Source of the DNA: the human T2T-CHM13v2.0 reference genome, Homo sapiens
Reading direction: 5' to 3' (one strand)
DNA: 64,000 bases
Assembly (NCBI RefSeq): GCF_009914755.1
Contig: NC_060937.1
The notes under the pieces were generated by a model. It was not told the DNA's origin. It saw nothing but the letters and a program-made list of their open reading frames with translations, and did not search any database. The stretch's first letter is position 1. Each line of letters begins with the position of its first letter. The position numbers and the translations under genes are program-made. Of this stretch, positions 55,213-64,000 are shown piece after piece.

Positions 55213-56017
55213 TGTTAGAACAGGGAGATAGCTTGACATGAGCAAGAGGAAAAGCCTCTGAAAAAATGAAGTAAGAAATATTTCACACCCCAGAGACCAT
55301 CCAAAATATGCAGGCTATATATAATCAGGGAGGAGGGGAAACACCTGTGCAGAAAGAAATGCCCTTTAAGATGACCAGTAATTGCTCATTCTGCAGTTAA
55401 CCTAGCTAGCTACAGGCTGTCAAAAAGGAAAGGAGTGCCAAGGAGAAACTCCTAAGAGATATGCAGGCACAATAAGTACAGATTCAACTGCAATACAACC
55501 TTCCTGGTGGTGGTAATGAGCAAACCTGTCATTTGGTAGAATTTATATTTGACACTGTGTTTGCTCATGCACGTCACCTGACAGTAGGAGAGAATCCCGC
55601 AAACCTGGGGTGGGAACTAGGCATGGAAAAGACAGAGACTTAAGGCAGAATGGGGAAACTAGACAAAGGTGGAGACTTGAGACAGAGGCCGGAACTTAAA
55701 GAGTCCAACATAAAAAGCTGCAAGGTAGAATGCTCTGAGTTGCTGCTGGCTCATTACATTCTCTTTTTAGCAGCCTGCTCTGCCTTGTCTTTCCGAGTGT
55801 ACTGTCTGTGCTACTGCTTAAACCTTGCTCCTACTACTGCTGTTTTCCAGCCAAACCAGCCAAGAGCTGTTTTCTAGCCAGGTCAACCCACTCCTCTCTT
55901 GGAGTACACTCTTATGTCCTTAATAAACCTTTTGCTTACATTACTAATTGGTCTCTTGCCTGAATTTTTCACCGCAAGAAGACCAAGGACAGAGGATTCC
56001 TGTACTTCCCCATAACA
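55213..56017 (+). mobile_element. ERV1 (MER4-group, MER50-like) solo LTR
   Basis: TGTTAGAACAGG..GACATGAGCA start, AATAAA at about 55922, ends ATAACA; 4-bp TSD-like AGAA/AGAC. Exact family uncertain. Confidence 0.65.
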
Positions 56018-56202
56018 AGACCTGTGGTTTATGTCCTTTCAGCTCCATAAGCAATGCTTCATTGTAGCCAAAAACCAGCCCAAATAACTGCAAAGCCTCC
56101 TTGGAGTCCCAGAACCTCAAAGATGTATGGACTGTCCCCAAGCCTCTGAATGAGATTGTACAATCCCACCTCACTCATATGCTCAAACACAAACTGATTC
56201 TA

Positions 56203-56205
<3 letters not shown>

Positions 56206-56235
<30 letters not shown>
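56206..56235. repeat. (CA)15 microsatellite
   Basis: Direct reading. Confidence 0.95.
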
Positions 56236-56237
<2 letters not shown>

Positions 56238-59200
56238 GTTCATGTATCAATTTAAATCACTTAGCCAGGACTTGAAAAGGAAGACTAAGGAGGACTAAAT
56301 TTAAATATATCTTTAGATAAATAGGGATTGTTAGGAATTTAGTTTGCTTTAATGCATAATGAAGAGTTAATACATTTACATTTCCTAAAAATGTTTCCTG
56401 ACTTTCACAAAATAATTTTTCCTTTATTGAGGTAGTTTCCTGTCTTTGGTACCCTTTAAGGTGTCATATCTTATTATAGAACTGGTTATAATGTATGGTT
56501 AAATACTACCTATGCTCTAATATTAATTTCAAATTATTTTATCTTTAAACAAGTAATTCATTTTAACATTCAAATAATATCCCATAAATTATTTTCATGT
56601 GTGAGGAACTGTTATATTTTACTATCATTATAAATTTCCTATCATTTCAATGCTATTTCAAGATACTTGACATTTGCATTAATTTCTTTTTCTGGATAAT
56701 ATTCAGAATACTTCTACCATGTGAAAAAACATGATAAGTTTGATTAAAATATGACATCAATACTTATAGGTTATTTTTAAAAAAATTGACAATCACGGTG
56801 TCTAAAACGTGACAATTTTCTCATTATATTTGTATTATCACAAACTTTACAATTGTAATGCATTTTCTTCAGAAATTTCAATTATTAATAGGCTGAATTA
56901 TATTTCTCTACTCTCTAAATATATCCAAAGGCTATCCTTTTATGTTTTATTTTCTTTTTTCTTTAGCCTTTGCATTCCAGGAGAGCAATTCCAATGAGCA
57001 ATTTTTCCATTGCAGCAATTTTTGCCATTTAATGTCTCTAGGATAAATTTTTATTTTTTGCTATTCAGTTTATGATTTTTAATGATTACTAGTTTTATTC
57101 TTCTCTCTTTTCTGTTTGCATATTTTTAAACTTCCATTACACATGTTATAAAATGTTCATAAACTTTATGGATTGTGCATGTTATCAGTTTTATTTGGAT
57201 GTTCTAAGTATTGTTCCAATTTGTCTTTATTATAAATCTTTCCTATGCCTTATGTTGAAGTTGCACTCAAAATTCACTACACATATACAAATAATAACAT
57301 AACTTCTTCACTTGGGACAAATAATGAGCTTTCAAGTTTTATTTAATTTCTGCAATAGCCAAAATAATTTGTAGCCAGGTTTTGACTAATACAATAATAG
57401 TTATTCTAAAAATGTGGACTAAAATCTATTTACCAACCACGACATATTTATAACAATTTGAAAACACATCCACAGATTTTGAAGACTTAAAATCTCCACA
57501 TAGCAGTTTATTGATTGTATTCATCTTTTTATAATTGGTTTGTATCTTCTCAAAGAAAAGAATTTGTCATATTCATCCATCAAAATCCAGTGCCTTTCCA
57601 TCAATAATACCATGTAAAAATTAAAGAGAATCTATGAATGTAAACACTTGTTTTCTGGATGTGAAAATGCAGTGTGTAATTATGTAATTACATAGTTAAT
57701 TGAAGTTTATTTGTAAGACTAGGTGCATTATTATGCAGAGGGACAATCAATCGAGTTTATTCAATTATTTTTATATTAATAACATTTTACTACATCCTAT
57801 GTTGGATTTGTCTCCCATGATGAGCATCTCTATGTGTGCAGTTTATCATTAATCTCCTCTGGTAAAGTAATGTGTCCAGGTGTCATAGTTTCTTTTCCTG
57901 GCACTTCTGGAACTCTTAAGTGTGAAATTTGCACCAGTTAAATATCAGAAAATAAGACATTTTAAATATAAATATTTTAAATTTAAAAAAGGATAGATTT
58001 ATATAAATATCTAACTCTCAGGGATTTTCATTAAGAAAAAACACATTTATAGGTCTCAAACCTATTTTCATTTTCCTAAGTGGGCATGTGCAAATATAGT
58101 GTTTGGTTATTTCCTTATTTTATCTCCTTTGTTTTGATGGGGCTCCACTGTTTTTTTGAGTTTTGAAAATGGCCAGAACTCTCTTATCTGGAAGACTGGC
58201 TCTCATCTGTACAACAGGCTATTTTTTTTTCTTGTTTATAAATGCATCCTTGAGTCCTAACATTATGAGACTTCAAACTTTTAAATTTCAAATCTACTTA
58301 AAATCTAACAGACCTGAGGTTGCACATGCTGCCAAGTTTCCACTCTACCTCAGCCACGTATTTATTCATATCTCAATGAGATCACAACATTCCTTTCATT
58401 TTCTTGATTGTTTCCAAGTTACCGCTACTTTTCAGATTTCACTTTATTACTTGGAGTCATTTCTATTTATCAGCGTGTGTCATGGAAACATCTTATCTAC
58501 TGAATCTTTCTCTAATATGCTTCATATGTTGAAAGAGCTGTAATATGGGAAAAGTAAGTGTTGCATATATGCATGTAATATATGTGGAGTTCACTTTCCA
58601 TTACAACCACTTTATCTACTTCTAGATAGTGAACAGATGCCAAATATACCTGCTAGTGTGTTTTGTCACTGTTTGTTCTCTTGACTCTTAGCTCAGTCTC
58701 CATGGACATGATATACCATGACCAGCAATCGCCTGCAGTGATTCTTTTGGTGAAGACTTACTGAGCATTTGTTTGTATTATACCTTCTACTGGATATTAG
58801 ATACAGAATATTTTTTGAAGTCTTGCTTTGATAGTTATATTCAAATAGAAAACAAAAATTATAGACCTATATAACTGTGACAGAAAGCTGACTTTCAACT
58901 GAAAGTACAGGGAATGAGTATCTGAAACCCCTCATACATTTACATAAAACCTGGAAATTGGCATCAAGCTATCATTGTCACATTCACTTGCATCTGTTCT
59001 CACTCAACCTTCTTCTCTCTCATTTTAGTCATTTCATTCCTTTCTAAAATAAACAAAAAACCTACACTTGAGTTCATGATTAAAATCCCTCAAGAGATTT
59101 TCTTTATAATTATCAACTACACCCATGTTTAATATTTTCCTCTCAACATCCTTCCTTTATCAAATATAAATAAGCATTAAGAAACAGCTGTCTAAGCTCA

Positions 59201-59840
59201 TTGTTTTGCTCTATCAGGTTACTCACTCTGCATCCCACCTTGGGCAGACATGAGACAGAATTCTACGTAACCACTTCCTTTTTTCATCTTCAGTTTTGAA
59301 TGTCTTATTTATTCTGTAAACATTGTAATCTGATTTCTATCACCAAGAGCACACATGATGAAATGCTTATTACCAACTGACTTACCTCATGGTAATTACA
59401 GTCCTTGTTCATCATGTATCACCATAGGCAATTCATTTCTTCTTGATTGAAATACTAAATTCACTCGGAATTTGGGAATACTAACACTTCTGATTTGCTT
59501 CCTAACTCTCTAGATATCTACTTTTATTATCAAATATAGCCCACTCTTTTTCTGCTTTATCTTAAATATTAAATATGACTTGAATATAGCTGTATTCATA
59601 TCAAAAAATCAAGCCTTCAAATTACACATATATGAGAGGCTTGTCATGTTCATACTAAGAAATTTGAACGAATTGCAAATAAAAATACTTTGTCAGATGA
59701 TTTTTTTCTATGAGTTGGATTTCCATATCATAGCAAGTTTCTGAAGATGTGATGGTTCTAATGAGGTAGTAGGAAGGTTGATGCTTGAGCTATGTTCTTT
59801 GTTGCAGAAAGACACAGTATTTTTTTTTGGAGTAGATTTG

Positions 59841-59921
59841 TTTTATTTATTTATTTATTATTATTATACTTTAAGTTTTAGGGTACATGTACACAATGTG
59901 CAGGTAAGTTACATATGTATA
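59841..59921 (-). mobile_element. Ultra-short L1PA 3' end (about 60 bp) with (TTTA/TTA)n tail
   Basis: TTATACTTTAAGTTTTAGGGTACATGTACACAATGTGCAGG..TTACATATGTATA. Confidence 0.88.
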
Positions 59922-60010
59922 AATGTTTTGATGAAGTCTTTCCATAATACTTCAGCCACTGTATATTATCAACATATCTAAGTATTATGAATCTATTATC
60001 AGACTCTGTC

Positions 60011-60045
<35 letters not shown>

Positions 60046-60072
60046 CATCTGTCATCTATCTCTGTCTGTCTA
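60011..60072. repeat. (ATCT)n / (TCTG)n tetranucleotide STR
   Basis: About 8 perfect ATCT units plus a degenerate tail. Confidence 0.92.
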
Positions 60073-60941
60073 CCTGTTTTTAGTGTCCTAGAATGCTACT
60101 TTGTGAGTTCACAAAACACTCATATTAACTTTTGGAATATTGGACATTTCTTTTTGTCCAATTCTTTGTCCAAATACTCTTTATTTATGAAACTTTTAGG
60201 GATTTTATTTTTTCCTGGACTTGTTAAATAGAAGATGCTTAACATTTTGAAGATTTTTGTTTAATAAGTCCATACATATCTGTAAATACTGAATGATGAT
60301 TTTACCACTTCACCATCAATTATGGCTAAAAAATTAAACTCAAGATGTACAACACTGTTTTTCTGAGTAAGACTAGAAAGAACTCCATAGGTGGTCCTTT
60401 CTTCTAAATTAATTTTGTTATCATTGATGACTTCTGAAGCATTATGAAAAAGTGTATTTTCATAAATCTATGTGAATCAAGTGATGCTTATCTTATTAAA
60501 GTAAAAATATTAATTCTATTTCCATAATTGAGGATAAATTTAAACTTAAAAATAAAAGTAAGCTGAATAAAATCAAAATAATCTTGAAAGTAACTTATAT
60601 GAGTAATATTATTTTCTCAGATTTTCAATCATCTTTGATGTAACTGTGACAAACCCAAATATCCTAAATAATAAACCAAAATACCATGAATTTTTGTGGG
60701 GTCTTACTGTGATACCACGACTTTGATAACACCTGAAGTGACCAATATCCTCTTCAATGACTCAAATCCACTGACTATGTTATTTGATATTATAGTAAAT
60801 TCAAATTGTGGTAAATGTATCTCACCCTCTACTCTCAATTTCTATACTTACAATGTACTAACAAATATTCTCTAAGCTGGCATCTGTTGGAAGTTGACAC
60901 TTTGGGTCACACTAACCTGGGTTAATTTGCCTTTTTTTAGC

Positions 60942-61241
<300 letters not shown>

Positions 61242-62094
61242 TAGTCTTTTGATCGCCAAATAACAAGATATATGGGAGTGAAGTATTCGATTTTGGTTTT
61301 TGTTTAATATTCTGTATCCAACTCCAGTTAATACATAGGTAAATTAACTAGAGATTTAGGTTCCAGTTTTATTTGTCAATCTAAAAATTACTTATGATCA
61401 TTTCTCCGCTTCTCTCTCTCGTTATAGATTAAAACCTTCCAATAGGCTACCACTGAGCTTTGTTCTTTTCACATGTTATAAACTTCTCTACATTTGACTC
61501 ACTCCTAGTTGTCTTTTAGGATCCAACTTTCTCTGGTAAAACTCCCATAGCTATGTAATATGTGGTTAATCAAACTTCTTGTGTGTTTCTAAAACACTAT
61601 ATACTTCATATTATGACAAAACTTAATACGTCCTACTGTAATTGACTATTGCTTATGAATAGCTCTTGCAAGACGAAGAATTCTTTGTAGTATTTCTGTA
61701 TGTTTAGTTTCTATCACACCATTGGGCACATAAAACTGGTTGAAAAATCATGCCTTTTTCATTAAATGAAAGATTTCATATAGGAGGTTTTACAGAAATA
61801 AGCAGGGACGTGAGCAATATAGTGTAGAAAAAGTAGGCCTAGCTCAACAGGAAAAATAGAACCAATGAGAAATATTATTATTCTCCAATATCTGCATTAA
61901 CAGGAGAATGCCATGCTTTTTTCCTACCATTTAGAAAATGGAATCCAGAGAATTGTAATTTTTCATACACTAAGAAATTTAATGTGCGAAGGTATTCAAA
62001 AAGCTTAACTTAACCTCCAAATCAAATTTGACCTCACAAGACTCTCTGCTTTATTATTCTAGGCTACTCTCTATAGAAATTATTACAATTTGTT

Positions 62095-62592
62095 ATAAGG
62101 ACTCGCAGGGCTCAGAAGCCATTATGCTCATACAGTTTATTACGGTAAATAAATGCAAAGCAAAATTCGCAAAAGGAAAGGTAGGTAGAGTAATGTCTGG
62201 AGAAAACCAAACACAGGGTTTTACATGTCCTCTCCCAGTTGCTTCACACAGAGTACTTAATTCTCTGAAAAAAATATGTGACAACGTCTGCAAAGTGTTG
62301 GCTAGTAGGTTAGCTAAATGCGATCTTAGGGTCCAAGGTTTTTATTTGAGCCCACTCACATAGGCGCCCTCTGCCTAGCACATCGAAGAAAGAAGAAAAG
62401 CATGTTCAGCACAAAACACACCACGTATGCAAACAGTTTAGGGACAGTCAGACACACTTGTTTAATCAGCATTTTATATCAGTGTAGGGAATGGATTATC
62501 AGCCAAGTTCCCGGAGACCAAACAAGTACCAAACTTGTAGTTTTTTCTAAGGATGGTCAATCTCAGGCTTGCTATGTTCACTTTTTGGCACA
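62095..62592 (-). mobile_element. ERVL-type LTR (MER68/MER21C/MER77-like)
   Basis: Minus-strand start TGTGCCAAAAAGTGAACATAGCAAGCCTGAGA..CATCCTTAGAAA. Confidence 0.7.
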
Positions 62593-63786
62593 ACTCTATA
62601 CACTACATTAACACAAATCGTAGCTCTAAAAAGGGAAATTAAGTATTTTTAGATTGAATAAATGAATGTGTTTCAGGAATTTTCAACTTAGGTATATAAT
62701 TAATTTTTCAAATGTTTTTGCATTTGAATGTATTCTTATTCTGAAATGTCAAAAGAGTAGCTAGTGGCAAGAATCCATTATACAACATAGTCTTAGTATA
62801 TCAATAGAACCAAGTTTAAAAAATAATTTTCAACTATGGGAAATGAAAGAAGTTGCCCTTCTACTTTGAAACAGAATTGAACATGTATTTTATCTGACTT
62901 CTCAAGTTCCTGGAAAAGCAGCCAAAGGTATACCTGCATTGACTTATCATCTAAGAAAGGACAAAGTTATACCTACTTTCAAAATAATTATCCTACAAAA
63001 TATTCTGAAAATTATCATTTTATCATGCTCTTGATTTTTAAACTGTGCATAAAGTTCAGCTGCATGTGTCTTCAGAACCCATGTAAAATATTTCACAGGG
63101 TTCCAAACTGGAAGATGAGCTCAAATGGCCACAATGCCAGTGAATCAGTAGGAAAAAAAAGATATTACTCCACATTTTTGAGTGATTTATTCTGATTTTC
63201 AAAGTGACATTGGATTCCTACTACATAATGAGAATAAGTAGGAGTATGTCTGAAATGGAGGGGATCTCCTGGATGTCTTATTGTATTTCAATTCCTGGTT
63301 ATGAAGCCAAACGAAAATAATAGCAACACAATACAGGCAAACCTATTGATAGTCTTAAACTTTTGGAATAAAAATGTGTACCACCCAACATGCAAGGAAC
63401 CATACTTAGCTGAGTTGCTTGCTTAGTGCAAGAAAACATAAATGGGTAGTCAGGGAAGGCAGATTTAATTACTGGTTATAACCACATGACCACCTGAAGA
63501 TACCAGAACTATAATAATTATGAATATCCCTTATTTTGAATTTTATATGGTTATATTATCACATGTATTAATAATTTTATTTTATCCTCTTCCATAACCC
63601 TATCACATAACATGAATACTATTATTAGTAGATAACCTTGAATTTCAGTATTTAAGTTAATGTACATCAAAGAGGGATAGCACATAATTAACCTAGAAAA
63701 AAACACAAGGCCCATGGATATAGAGACCTTGGGAGAGAGATTTAAGGCATCTTTCAATGAACACATTTTTTATTTTTTATTATTAT

Positions 63787-63973
63787 AGTAGCCCCTTATT
63801 ATCCTTGGTTTTGCTTTTCGTAATTTCAGTAAACTGCAGTCAACTGTGGTCTGAAAATATTAAATGAAAAATTACAGAAATAACAGTTTATAAGTTTTAC
63901 CTTGACACTCTTCTGAGTGGGAAAATCTTATGTCTTCCCACTCCACCCTGTCCAGGATGAGAATCATCTTTGT
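63787..63973 (+). mobile_element. MER44-like (TcMar-Tigger) fragment
   Basis: AGTAGCCCCTTATTATCC..GTCAACTGTGGTCTGAAAATATTAAATG. Confidence 0.8.
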
Positions 63974-64000
63974 TTTTTTTTTTTTTTTTTTTTTTTTTTT
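63973..64000 (-). repeat. Pure poly-T running off the window; probable tail of a young minus-strand retroelement inserted in MER44
   Basis: At least 27 uninterrupted T at the right edge. Confidence 0.7.

Noticed and set aside
58163-58543. 126-aa ORF in unique sequence
   Set aside because: Phe/Leu/Ser-rich composition expected from T-rich DNA; no motif or splice support.

Overview
This is AT-rich, CpG-poor primate (most likely human) genomic DNA, either intergenic or deep-intronic. I see no cellular exon, CpG island, rRNA/tRNA or CRISPR array. Nearly all ORFs in the track are decayed LINE-1, Alu or MaLR reading frames, or chance ORFs. Much of the window is transposable elements. LINE-1: the 5' 4.4 kb of an L1PA7-like element with an open ORF0-like frame, many older L1 pieces, a twin-primed (5'-inverted) L1 with a perfect TSD, and an L1PA8-like element nested in an L1PA13-like element with an apparent 3' transduction. 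LTR elements: full-length THE1 and MSTA MaLRs, solo LTRs (LTR18, THE1A, MSTB, LTR40-like, MER50-like, MER68/21-like), and a badly decayed class III (ERVL-like) provirus seen only through protease, RT and integrase motif remnants. SINEs: five dimeric Alus and three monomer-type Alus. DNA transposons: MER1A, MER75, MER63, MER44 and a solo Hsmar1/MADE1 TIR. The most unusual signal is a set of locally templated inverted and direct insertions, i.e. template-switch or theta-mediated repair-type scars, inside L1 copies. I found no convincing novel biological system. Subfamily names come from remembered consensus sequences, not from a RepeatMasker or Dfam run.
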